Source of the DNA: Nanobdellota archaeon
GTDB taxonomy: Archaea; Nanobdellota; Nanobdellia; Pacearchaeales; GW2011-AR1
Direction of reading: 5' to 3'
Length of the DNA: 43,950 bases
NCBI GenBank assembly: GCA_018830245.1
Contig: JAHJSW010000033.1
Location: 1 to 43,950, forward strand
Part shown: piece after piece, positions 15,996 through 24,497 of the stretch
Numbering within the stretch: the first letter of the stretch is position 1
Layout of the letters: each line of letters starts with the position of its first letter
The notes under the pieces: model-generated
The model's database searches: none
What the model was told of the DNA's origin: nothing
Seen by the model: only the letters and a program-made list of their open reading frames with translations
Position numbers and translations under genes: made by a program

Positions 15996-17369
15996 TTACT
16001 TCTTTCTTTTCTTTTCAACATTTATAGAAATCTCTTTTAGTTGTTTTTTACTAATTTCAGAAGGGGCATCAAGCATAACATCTCTCGCCTCCCTGTTTTT
16101 TGGGAAAGCAATAACATCTCTAATTGAATCTGATTCACTCATCAATTGAATTAACCTATCAAAACCAATTGCAATTCCCCCGTGAGGAGGAGCCCCAAAT
16201 CTTAATGCATTTAACAAAAACCCAAACTTAGTTTCTGCCTCTTTTTTTGAGATCTTTAAAGCATCAAATACTTGTTGTTGAATTTCAGGGTTGTGGATTC
16301 TAATGCTCCCCCCCCCAATTTCAACACCATTTAAAACAACATCATATGCAAAACTTTTTGCTTTTTCTTTATTTTTCTTAAAAGAGTTCATATCAGGCAT
16401 TGTAAAAGGATGATGCATAGATTTGTATCTTTTTTCTTCTTTATTATACTCAAAAAGAGGGAAATCAACAACCCAGCAAAATGCAAATTTTTCATTTCCT
16501 TTTCTTATATCAGGACGATCATTTCCATACTTTTTCATAGATTCTTCATAAGAAATTCTCTTAAACGGAATTTTTATATCCATTCCTAAAACTTTTTTAA
16601 AAACATCTTTCAGCATTTTTTCTATAATTTGAATTATATCTTCTTGTTCAATAAAAGACATTTCAACATCTACCTGTGTAAATTCTGGTTGTCTATCTGC
16701 CCTTAAATCTTCGTCTCTAAAACACTTTGTAATCTGAACATACCTATCAAACCCCCCAACCTGTGATAATTGCTTAAATAATTGCGGAGATTGAGGAAGT
16801 GCATAAAATTTTCCCGGAAAGTTTCTGCTAGGAACAACATAATCTCTTGCTCCCTCAGGAGTTGATTTTGCAAGTATCGGAGTCTCTATCTCCACAAAAT
16901 CTTCTTTATAAAAAAAATCTCTCACAGCCTTTAATGCCTCGCTCCTTAAAAAAATATTTTTCTGCATTTTTTTATTTCTTAAATCTAAAAACCGATATTT
17001 TAACCTTAAATCTTCATTAATTTCTTGGTCGTTTAATTCAAAAGGTAATTGAGAAGAAAGATTATAGATTTCAACCTTTTCAATAGAAACTTCAACTTTT
17101 CCAGAATTTAACTCTTTGTTCTCTGTTCCCGCCGGTCTTTTTTTAATCTCTCCCATAAGACCAACACAAGATTCAGTAGTTAATTTTTTAGCATTCTCAA
17201 AATCAGATTTTTTTTTATGAATAACACACTGAACTTTCCCATACCTATCCCTTAAATCAATAAAAATTACTGCTCCATGTTCCCTAACTGTATCAACCCA
17301 CCCACAAAGTCGAACTTTTTTTCCTACAATCTTCTCATTTACTTCTGACAATTTATGAGTTCTTAACAT
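15996..17369 (-). CDS. aspS: aspartyl-tRNA synthetase, bacterial-type but lacking the GAD insertion (probably non-discriminating)
   Basis: LPQSPQLFKQL and FRDEDLRADRQPEFTQVDVEMSF (bacterial motif 2 context), HHPFTMP, GGGSIRIH, motif 3 GIAIGFDRL. Only 457 aa. The junction ...GNDRPDIRKGNEKFAFCWVVDFPLFE sits where GAD normally lies. Confidence 0.93.
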   Translation of the reverse strand: MLRTHKLSEVNEKIVGKKVRLCGWVDTVREHGAVIFIDLRDRYGKVQCVIHKKKSDFENAKKLTTESCVGLMGEIKKRPAGTENKELNSGKVEVSIEKVEIYNLSSQLPFELNDQEINEDLRLKYRFLDLRNKKMQKNIFLRSEALKAVRDFFYKEDFVEIETPILAKSTPEGARDYVVPSRNFPGKFYALPQSPQLFKQLSQVGGFDRYVQITKCFRDEDLRADRQPEFTQVDVEMSFIEQEDIIQIIEKMLKDVFKKVLGMDIKIPFKRISYEESMKKYGNDRPDIRKGNEKFAFCWVVDFPLFEYNKEEKRYKSMHHPFTMPDMNSFKKNKEKAKSFAYDVVLNGVEIGGGSIRIHNPEIQQQVFDALKISKKEAETKFGFLLNALRFGAPPHGGIAIGFDRLIQLMSESDSIRDVIAFPKNREARDVMLDAPSEISKKQLKEISINVEKKRKK

Positions 17370-17450
17370 ATTTAAAATAGAAAAATATAATTTATTAAGT
17401 TATTGTTTAAATTATATTTTAAAAAGATCTATCAAAAATGAATATCCCTT

Positions 17451-17795
17451 TTATTTTCTTTCTTTTTGGACTACATATCTAACACTCTTTTTAGGATCCA
17501 AACCCACTGCTTTTGCAAACGCATCTGCATCTCGAATCCTAGAAAAAAATTCTCCTCTACCAAAAACAGTCGGAAGCCATTTCATAGAAGGATTGGGATC
17601 TAAAATTTCATAGCCAAAACCAGGGGTGATTATTTTTCTTCCCCGGAGTTCTGGTAAAATTCCTTCTTCAAATAGACTTCTCTTAAAATATTCATTTGTT
17701 CTAAGAAGCCCCACAATTTCATCCCACCTAGTGGCTTGATTCTTTTTACCAAGAATCATTTTAACATCTTGCTTACAATTCCCAGTAAATTCCAT
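17451..17795 (-). CDS. hypothetical protein
   Basis: 114-aa ORF with an ATG start. No family recognised. Confidence 0.5.
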   Translation of the reverse strand: MEFTGNCKQDVKMILGKKNQATRWDEIVGLLRTNEYFKRSLFEEGILPELRGRKIITPGFGYEILDPNPSMKWLPTVFGRGEFFSRIRDADAFAKAVGLDPKKSVRYVVQKERK

Positions 17796-17870
17796 AATTC
17801 TATTACAACCTAAATCATTTATAAAGATTGTAGGGATAAAAAATATAAATTAGAATGCTCTCTAAAAATT

Positions 17871-18689
17871 ATGAAATTAATCTTTGATGAAAAAGTTCTA
17901 GACTATCAAGGAACACTCGGGTTTAAGCAAAGATTAATTTGTGCTTATGAATTTTTAAAACACCATCATTCTTTTATAAAACCAGAAATTAAAATTACAG
18001 AACCACTAGTTCATACCAGAGAGTTAATTAAAAAAGTCAAAGAAAGAAATTTTTTTAATCCAGATAGTCCTGCATATGAAAACATTTATAATTATGCTAT
18101 CCTCGCACTAAATAGTGCAATAAAAGCGCAAGAAATTCAGGGATTTTCCCTATTAGAACCTCCAGGACATCATGCAGGGAAAAATTTCTTAGGAGGATTC
18201 TGTTATTTTAATAATATTGCAGAAGCAGTGAAACAGTCTAATCTTAAAACATTAATAATGGACATTGACGGACATCATGGAAATGGAACACAAGATATTT
18301 TTGAGAATGATCCGGATGTTTTTTATATTTCATTACATAGAAGTCCACTATATCCTGGAACAGGATTAAACTCAAAAAACAACATTCTAAATCTCCCTCT
18401 GCCAGCAGATTGTGGAGAAAGAATCTATTTAGAAACTCTACAAAAAGCAATTAAAAAAGCACAAGGAAATTTCAAGTTCAAACAAATTGCAATTTCTGCA
18501 GGATTTGATACTTATCAAGGGGATCTTGCATCTCTCAACTTAACCAAAGATTCATATAGAAAAATAGGAAAAATAATTAAAAAATTATCACAAAAAACAA
18601 ACTCGCGAGTTTTCGCAGTTTTAGAAGGAGGGTATACTACTAATTTAGGGGAGTTGATTCATGAATTTACTTCAAGTATTTCCGAATAA
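17871..18689 (+). CDS. histone deacetylase/acetylpolyamine amidohydrolase-family (arginase-fold) deacetylase, compact 272-aa form
   Basis: PPGHHAGKNFLGGFCYFNN, DIDGHHGNGTQDIF, SAGFDTYQGD, LEGGY. Confidence 0.85.
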   Translation: MKLIFDEKVLDYQGTLGFKQRLICAYEFLKHHHSFIKPEIKITEPLVHTRELIKKVKERNFFNPDSPAYENIYNYAILALNSAIKAQEIQGFSLLEPPGHHAGKNFLGGFCYFNNIAEAVKQSNLKTLIMDIDGHHGNGTQDIFENDPDVFYISLHRSPLYPGTGLNSKNNILNLPLPADCGERIYLETLQKAIKKAQGNFKFKQIAISAGFDTYQGDLASLNLTKDSYRKIGKIIKKLSQKTNSRVFAVLEGGYTTNLGELIHEFTSSISE

Positions 18690-20118
18690 TTTCAATCACA
18701 TCTTTTCCGTCAATCTTTCCCTTAAATTCTTTCATAATTAACCCCATATAAGCCTTCTCAGAAAGCCCTGGCTTCTCCTTTATAATCTTCAGAATTTTTT
18801 CCTCAACAAGATGTTCTGACTCTTTTTCAAATTTAATTGCTTCTTCTAAATCTTCTCCATCAACAATTCTCTCTAAAACAGATTTAATCTGACTCTGAGT
18901 AATTTTTTTCTCTGCTATTGCTTCTAAAACAAATAATAAAACATCTTTATTCAAAAATTTATCAACTTTATTAAAACTCTTATTTTTATGACGCGCAATT
19001 TCTTTTGGGAATATTAAAAGAACTTTTGCAACTAAAGGAGGATTATCCAACACTTCTAACAATTCTCTAAACTCTTCAAGTTTATCTTGTTTGAACAATA
19101 ACTTAATCATCTCCAAACTCAACCCTTTTTCTTTAAGCTCTATTTCAACATCACTCTTTAATTTAGGCAAACTTTTTTTAGCATTATTAATAATCTCTCT
19201 AGAAACTCTAAGCAAAGGAACATCTGTCTCAGGATACATTCTTGCTGCTCCAGGCATTGGTCTTAAAAACTCTGTTTGCCCGTTAGGAAGAACATTTCTA
19301 ACTTCTGATTTAACTATTTTTTTCTTTTTGAGTATTTCACTCTGCCTTTTAATCTCATCCTCAATAACTTTAATAAAAATCTTCATATCTTGCATCCCTT
19401 TAATCTCAACCCTATTTCCTCCTTTTAAAGACATATTAACATCCTGCCTTATTGTTCCAATTCCTCTTTTAACTTTACAACTTCTAAGAATATTCCCAAT
19501 CTCTAATGCAACTTCTTTTGCTTGTTCAGGAGTTTTAATATCTGGAGCAGTAGCAATCTCTACTAGTGGTATTCCTAATCTATCTAATCTATAAACTACT
19601 TTTGTTTTCTCTCGAGAAATTGGTCTTGCAGCATCCTCTTCAAGAAAAATCCCCTCTATTCTCACCCTTCCCATATCTGTCTCCACAAAACCATCGCGTG
19701 CAATCATTACTGTTCTCTGGAATCCAGAGGTATTTGAACCATCAATAACAGTTTTTCTCATAATTTGAGAAAAAGGAATAATTTTTGCATTTAACAAAAC
19801 AGAAATTTGCAATGCAATTTTCAGAGCCTCTTTATTTATTTCATGGGGCGGTTCTTCATCTAATTCCACAAGACAAGTAGTATCATATCCCTGATACACA
19901 AATTCTTTATCTAAAGATGCTTGATACATCGCAGCAACATCAACATCTCCCGCCTCACCAGCAACAGCATGAAGATTTCTTTTAACAAAAAAATCAGGCT
20001 CATCCTGTCTTAATAAACTAGGGCAATTGCAAAAAAGTTTAGACGTATCTAACTGCTGATGAATTTCAAGACCACATTTAAATTTTAATTTCTGATAATC
20101 AATTTTCTCTTCAGACAT
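18667..20118 (-). CDS. gatE: Glu-tRNA(Gln) amidotransferase subunit E (GatE), short form without the GAD-like insertion
   Basis: GLEIHQQL, RKTVIDGSNTSGFQRT, LDRLGIPLVEIATAPDI, RQDVNMS, MPGAARMYPETD, YqeY-like tail. 483 aa, versus about 600+ aa from memory for typical GatE. Confidence 0.85.
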   Translation of the reverse strand: MSEEKIDYQKLKFKCGLEIHQQLDTSKLFCNCPSLLRQDEPDFFVKRNLHAVAGEAGDVDVAAMYQASLDKEFVYQGYDTTCLVELDEEPPHEINKEALKIALQISVLLNAKIIPFSQIMRKTVIDGSNTSGFQRTVMIARDGFVETDMGRVRIEGIFLEEDAARPISREKTKVVYRLDRLGIPLVEIATAPDIKTPEQAKEVALEIGNILRSCKVKRGIGTIRQDVNMSLKGGNRVEIKGMQDMKIFIKVIEDEIKRQSEILKKKKIVKSEVRNVLPNGQTEFLRPMPGAARMYPETDVPLLRVSREIINNAKKSLPKLKSDVEIELKEKGLSLEMIKLLFKQDKLEEFRELLEVLDNPPLVAKVLLIFPKEIARHKNKSFNKVDKFLNKDVLLFVLEAIAEKKITQSQIKSVLERIVDGEDLEEAIKFEKESEHLVEEKILKIIKEKPGLSEKAYMGLIMKEFKGKIDGKDVIEIIRKYLK

Positions 20119-20152
20119 AAGATAAAAAGAGAAAATAAGTTAATAAAAGTTG

Positions 20153-21001
20153 TTACACTCTTAAAAGACGATCGTCTCCCTTATGTTTTTTTAAGAAATT
20201 GTTAGCAACTAAAAAATAAATATCTTGTAATCTTTTAATTTCTCCTAGAGAAAGAAGGGATTTAACCACTCTACAAGATTCCTTGAAAGGATGTTCTGCA
20301 TCTATAACCTTTAAATTAAAAAAAGGGAGATCGTTTCCAAATCTATCAAGATTAACTCTTTTAGAACCATTTATTCCGCTTATTTCATAATTTCTCAATC
20401 TTTTTCTTATCTTTTTGAGAGTTTTTTCATCTAAACATGCTAATTTCCGAGATAAACTCTTTCTAAGTCTTAATTCTCCTCCAATACTATCCACTAATCC
20501 ACAACCAAGATCAAGATAAAGGAGTTTTGTCCCCCCGCTAATTGCTAAAACCTTATAATTTTGAGATTTCCCAACAATATCCCCAATATTTAATAAATCC
20601 CTATAAATGGCCTGGGAATTTAATAGTTCTCTTGTTTCATTCAAATTCTCACTTAAGGAAGAGAATTCTAATTCAGAAACAAAAAAAGTTTTTCTTTTAG
20701 AATCTAATGGTTTAACAATTTTTTCCCCCTCTTCAAGACAATAATCAAATTCTACTAAAGAGCGATCTTTGTTTAAAATCACCCAATTATTAGGAACATT
20801 TAATCCCACTTTTTTCGCCATTTCTAATAATATTGCCTCATAAATAGGTTGATTTTCTACTTTTAAAAAGTCCCCTGTCCCTAATCTCGATATTTCACAA
20901 TATTTCAAATAAACAGATTTGTCTTCTCTTCCAAGACCAAAATAACATCTCCCTCCGGGATTTCCTCCTTTTGGACCAGAAGTCACTAAAATTTCAAGCA
21001 T
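20153..21001 (-). CDS. hypothetical protein with weak kinase-like motif order
   Basis: Trimmed from the TTG at 21010 to ATG (MLEILVTSG...). Has a Gly-rich GPKGGNPGG, then VYLKY, IYRDLLNIGDIVGKSQN and LLYLDLGCG. No confident family. Confidence 0.55.
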   Translation of the reverse strand: MLEILVTSGPKGGNPGGRCYFGLGREDKSVYLKYCEISRLGTGDFLKVENQPIYEAILLEMAKKVGLNVPNNWVILNKDRSLVEFDYCLEEGEKIVKPLDSKRKTFFVSELEFSSLSENLNETRELLNSQAIYRDLLNIGDIVGKSQNYKVLAISGGTKLLYLDLGCGLVDSIGGELRLRKSLSRKLACLDEKTLKKIRKRLRNYEISGINGSKRVNLDRFGNDLPFFNLKVIDAEHPFKESCRVVKSLLSLGEIKRLQDIYFLVANNFLKKHKGDDRLLRV

Positions 21002-21071
21002 TTTTATCAAAAAAGAAACTTAAAAATCCTTTTAAACCCTTCTATTTTAACCCCTCAAAAGTTACAACTTC

Positions 21072-21086
21072 AAAACATTTATAAAA
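21072..21086 (+). promoter_or_regulatory. BRE/TATA promoter (AAAACA-TTTATAAAA), leaderless geometry
   Basis: TATA centre at about 21082 is 25 nt before the ATG at 21107. Confidence 0.45.
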
Positions 21087-21106
21087 AGATACACTATTAC
21101 ATATTT

Positions 21107-21301
21107 ATGAAACGTTATGAAAAGATGACTCCAGAAGAACTAATGCGCGCAGCAATAGAAGCTAATTTGAATTATATGGAATCATCTTATGAAAGGGTTC
21201 TTGGAAAAGATACTCGAATAATAGTTGCAAAGAGACAATTAGACCCTTCAGATCCTGATCAAATGAGAATTGGAAGAGACTGGCTTTCTAAAAAAGATTA
21301 A
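21107..21301 (+). CDS. hypothetical small protein
   Basis: 64-aa ORF behind a consensus-like promoter. No family recognised. Confidence 0.45.
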   Translation: MKRYEKMTPEELMRAAIEANLNYMESSYERVLGKDTRIIVAKRQLDPSDPDQMRIGRDWLSKKD

Positions 21302-21331
21302 ATTTATAATATTAAATATATAATTAATATC

Positions 21332-21760
21332 ATGCAAAAAAAAGGTGAAAAAAAAAAGAATAATAAAAAGAAAAATCACAGAGAATATCCTATTTTTATA
21401 ATTCCGAAAACATTTGGACAAAAATCAGCAGATTGGATTACTAATTGGGCTGGTAGTTGGGTATTTATTCTCTTATTTTTAGGATTTTTAGTTTTATGGA
21501 TGATTATAAACACTTCATGGATTATTTTTGGAGAATCATGGGATCCATATCCATTTATTTTATTAAACCTAGTATTATCCTGCGTTGCAGCAATACAAGC
21601 TCCAATAATTCTAATGAGCCAGAACAGAGAAAACCAGAGAGATCGCGCAAGAGCAGAGTATGATTATGCAGTAAATAGAAAAGCAGAAAAAGAAATCAGA
21701 GAAATAAAAAAACAACTTAATAGAATTGAAGAAAAATTACGGAAAAAAAAAGGTGATTAA
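21332..21760 (+). CDS. DUF1003-family membrane protein
   Basis: Two TM segments with WDPYPFILLNLVLSCVAAIQAPIILMSQNR, followed by a coiled-coil tail. Typical of DUF1003. Confidence 0.7.
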   Translation: MQKKGEKKKNNKKKNHREYPIFIIPKTFGQKSADWITNWAGSWVFILLFLGFLVLWMIINTSWIIFGESWDPYPFILLNLVLSCVAAIQAPIILMSQNRENQRDRARAEYDYAVNRKAEKEIREIKKQLNRIEEKLRKKKGD

Positions 21761-22659
21761 TGATTCCTAAACCACTCAACTGTTTCCCTTAATCCTTGCT
21801 CTAAACTATATTCAGGTTTCCACCCTCTCTCTCTTAATTTTGTAGAATTCAATGCACTTCTTGCTTGCTCTTTAACTTCTGGTCCACGACTTACATTCAT
21901 ATCTCCTTTTATATCGCAAATCTTTTGAAAAAGATTATTAGCACTTGTTTCTACTCCTGTGCCTACATTAAAAATCCCCTTAATATCATCTTGCATAGCT
22001 AAAAGACATGCACTTACAACATCTTTTACATAAATATAATCTCGCGTATGTTCCCCGCTTCCATAAATAACAGGTTGCTCTTTTCCTAAAAACTTAGCTA
22101 CAACTCCTGCCTCTCCTTCTGAATTTTGCCTCGGCCCATAAACATTTGAAGGGCGCAAAATTACAGAATCTAATCCTGAATTAAAAAAAGAAGTTCTCAA
22201 ATAAATTTCTGCAGCTAATTTAGATGCACCATAAGGGGAAAAAGGTTTTACTTCCTCTATTTCGGCCGTAGGAACATTACACTCACTAGAATAAACTCCT
22301 GCACTAGAAAAAAGGATAATTTTTTTAGCCCCCCCTTCCTTAGCATAGTTAAAAACATTTAAACTTCCAATAATATTTATCTGAGCGTCTTCGACAGGAT
22401 TTTCTACAGATCTTCTCAACCTTGTCTGAGCAGCTAAATGAAAAACATATTCTGGAAGAAATTTTTTAAAAATTTCTAAAATTTTTTCTTTATCTCTTAC
22501 ATCTACTCGTTCAAAAAATTCTGCGCGAGGATTTAAATTAGTTTTAAGTCCAGTAGATAAATTATCAATAATCCCCACCTTGTAGCCATGATTAATTAAA
22601 GCATCAACTAAATGACTCCCGATAAATCCTGCTCCTCCTGTAACTAATACTTTATTCAT
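21757..22659 (-). CDS. NAD-dependent nucleotide-sugar epimerase/dehydratase (GalE-like SDR)
   Basis: VLVTGGAGFIGSHL Rossmann motif and the catalytic YxxxK (YGASKLAAE). Confidence 0.9.
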   Translation of the reverse strand: MNKVLVTGGAGFIGSHLVDALINHGYKVGIIDNLSTGLKTNLNPRAEFFERVDVRDKEKILEIFKKFLPEYVFHLAAQTRLRRSVENPVEDAQINIIGSLNVFNYAKEGGAKKIILFSSAGVYSSECNVPTAEIEEVKPFSPYGASKLAAEIYLRTSFFNSGLDSVILRPSNVYGPRQNSEGEAGVVAKFLGKEQPVIYGSGEHTRDYIYVKDVVSACLLAMQDDIKGIFNVGTGVETSANNLFQKICDIKGDMNVSRGPEVKEQARSALNSTKLRERGWKPEYSLEQGLRETVEWFRNH

Positions 22660-22705
22660 AGGATCATTTCATAGGAAAATATTTATAAAAATTTAGGTGA
22701 TTACA

Positions 22706-23977
22706 TTATTCTTTCAATCTATCATTAAATTCATGAGAAAAATTAGTTAACATTAACTTTTTCACTTTTTCTTTGTCCTGTGTTTTAGCTAAAACCCATC
22801 CTAATTTAACAAAAGCAGTTTCTGCTAACATATCCTCAAGGTAAATAACCCCTGTTTCTAAAATCTCTCTTCCATTAGAATAAACCAGAGGGTTAAGCCT
22901 TCCATAAATTGTCTGAGCAACAGCACAAATAATTAATCCTTTTTCTTGAACTTGTTTTAATTTTTTTGTCCACGCATTTCTCGCTCTTTTTGTAGCCACA
23001 TGCCCAAGACCAGACATCTCTAATACAACTCCCTTATACTTATTTTTAAAATAATAATCTAAAATTTCTGGTTCTTGCCCAGGATAAAACTTAACAAGAG
23101 CGATTTTTTCTTCAAATTTGTTATCTAACTTAACTTTATTCTTATTCCTAACACAAAAATCTGAAATTTTATCAATTTTATCTGGAAAAACTTTTGCGAA
23201 TGGTTTTGAGTTGATTACTTTAAATGCATCTCTTTTTGAAGAATGCATTTTTCTAGATTTAGTTCCAGGCATAGCATAACAAAAATCATCATTTGTAGAA
23301 GAATGTCCTACAAGCATAACTTCTGCAATATCTGAAATTGCAGCTAAAGCTGCACACTGCAAATTTAAATTAGCATCACTACTTGCTCGGTCAATACTTC
23401 TCTGACTATAAGTTAAAACAACTGGCTTATTTAGATCTTTTAGGAAAAAACTCAATGCTGCAGAAGTATAGTGCAAAAAATCAGTTCCATGAGTGATAAT
23501 CACTCCTTTAATATTAGCGTCATTCAAAAGCTCCACTGCAGTTTTTGCAATCTTTTGCCAATCCTTATAATCCATGTCTTCAGAAGCTTTCATAAAAGGA
23601 ACTTCTACTTTTACAACATTAACTTTATCAAAAAGTTCAGGATAAAATTTAAACAAACTTTCAGGAGTATCTAACCAATCAACACCTCCTTTTTTAGGAT
23701 TTAAACGTGCAGCAATTGTCCCTCCTGTAATAATCATCGCAATATCTGGTTTTTTTACATCCTTCTTAATTTCTATTTTTTCTTCTTTTACTTCTTCTTT
23801 CTGTATCACTTGTATCTCTAAAATATCTTTTTTATTTAATCCAATATTATATCCTGAATTTAATTTAAGCAGAACAATTCCCTTTTCTGAAACAGGACTT
23901 TCAAGCAAAATCCCAAAATATTCCTCTCTAGACAAAACAACCTTAACTCTATCTCCAACATTTGCACTAGACTTCAT
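22706..23977 (-). CDS. gatD: Glu-tRNA(Gln) amidotransferase subunit D (GatD)
   Basis: Asparaginase-like ITGGTIA, ITHGTDFLHYT, YSQRSIDRASSDANLN, RKMHSSKRDAF. Confidence 0.9.
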   Translation of the reverse strand: MKSSANVGDRVKVVLSREEYFGILLESPVSEKGIVLLKLNSGYNIGLNKKDILEIQVIQKEEVKEEKIEIKKDVKKPDIAMIITGGTIAARLNPKKGGVDWLDTPESLFKFYPELFDKVNVVKVEVPFMKASEDMDYKDWQKIAKTAVELLNDANIKGVIITHGTDFLHYTSAALSFFLKDLNKPVVLTYSQRSIDRASSDANLNLQCAALAAISDIAEVMLVGHSSTNDDFCYAMPGTKSRKMHSSKRDAFKVINSKPFAKVFPDKIDKISDFCVRNKNKVKLDNKFEEKIALVKFYPGQEPEILDYYFKNKYKGVVLEMSGLGHVATKRARNAWTKKLKQVQEKGLIICAVAQTIYGRLNPLVYSNGREILETGVIYLEDMLAETAFVKLGWVLAKTQDKEKVKKLMLTNFSHEFNDRLKE

Positions 23978-24060
23978 AAATAAAATATTCTAAAAGAGTA
24001 TAAAAATATACTGATGAAAACACTAAGATACGTGTAACTAAATAGTAGTAATAATTAGAA

Positions 24061-24072
24061 ACATTTATAAAG
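24061..24072 (+). promoter_or_regulatory. BRE/TATA promoter (ACA-TTTATAAAG), leaderless geometry
   Basis: TATA centre at about 24068 is 26 nt before the ATG at 24094. Confidence 0.45.
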
Positions 24073-24093
24073 TTTAAGAACAACAAAAAAATT

Positions 24094-24456
24094 ATGAAAG
24101 AAAAATCTTTTTTAGGAAAAGCAGGGATTGGATTAGCAGCATTAATCATCTTGTTCAGTATTGGCGCAGGCATCTCTCAACTAACTAGAAAAGGCCACAT
24201 TCCCATAAAAAGGAGTTCTCCAGAGATGAATCAGCAAAGAAGAACCACATTAACAGAAGAAGAGCGAAGAATATTCTCCAACTTAAAAATAGATGAACCA
24301 GTAAAAGAAGGGGATAATTACTGGACGTGTGCAGGAAGAATAAAAGAAAAATATAATTTAAAAACCCCTACACAAAGAATAGCAGAGTATTTAGAATTTC
24401 ACGCTAGTCAAGGAAAGGTAGTTCTTCTTCCAGGAGAAAGAATCAGAAACTACTGA
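24094..24456 (+). CDS. membrane-anchored protein with tentative LysM-like C-terminal domain
   Basis: N-terminal TM (AGIGLAALIILFSIGAGI). C-terminal VKEGDNYWTCAGRI...LLPGERI loosely matches the LysM pattern. Confidence 0.4.
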   Translation: MKEKSFLGKAGIGLAALIILFSIGAGISQLTRKGHIPIKRSSPEMNQQRRTTLTEEERRIFSNLKIDEPVKEGDNYWTCAGRIKEKYNLKTPTQRIAEYLEFHASQGKVVLLPGERIRNY

Positions 24457-24497
24457 TAACTCCAAAACTTAATAAATCCTTTTTCTTTTAGTCAATC

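Noticed and set aside
19091-19748. Two plus-strand ORFs (167 and 60 aa) inside gatE
   Set aside because: Both are antisense to a confidently identified gene, with typical S/L/I-rich antisense composition.
23967-24173. 68-aa minus-strand ORF bridging the gatD start and the 24094 gene
   Set aside because: It overlaps two better-supported genes and their promoter region. The sequence is hydrophobic and low-complexity.
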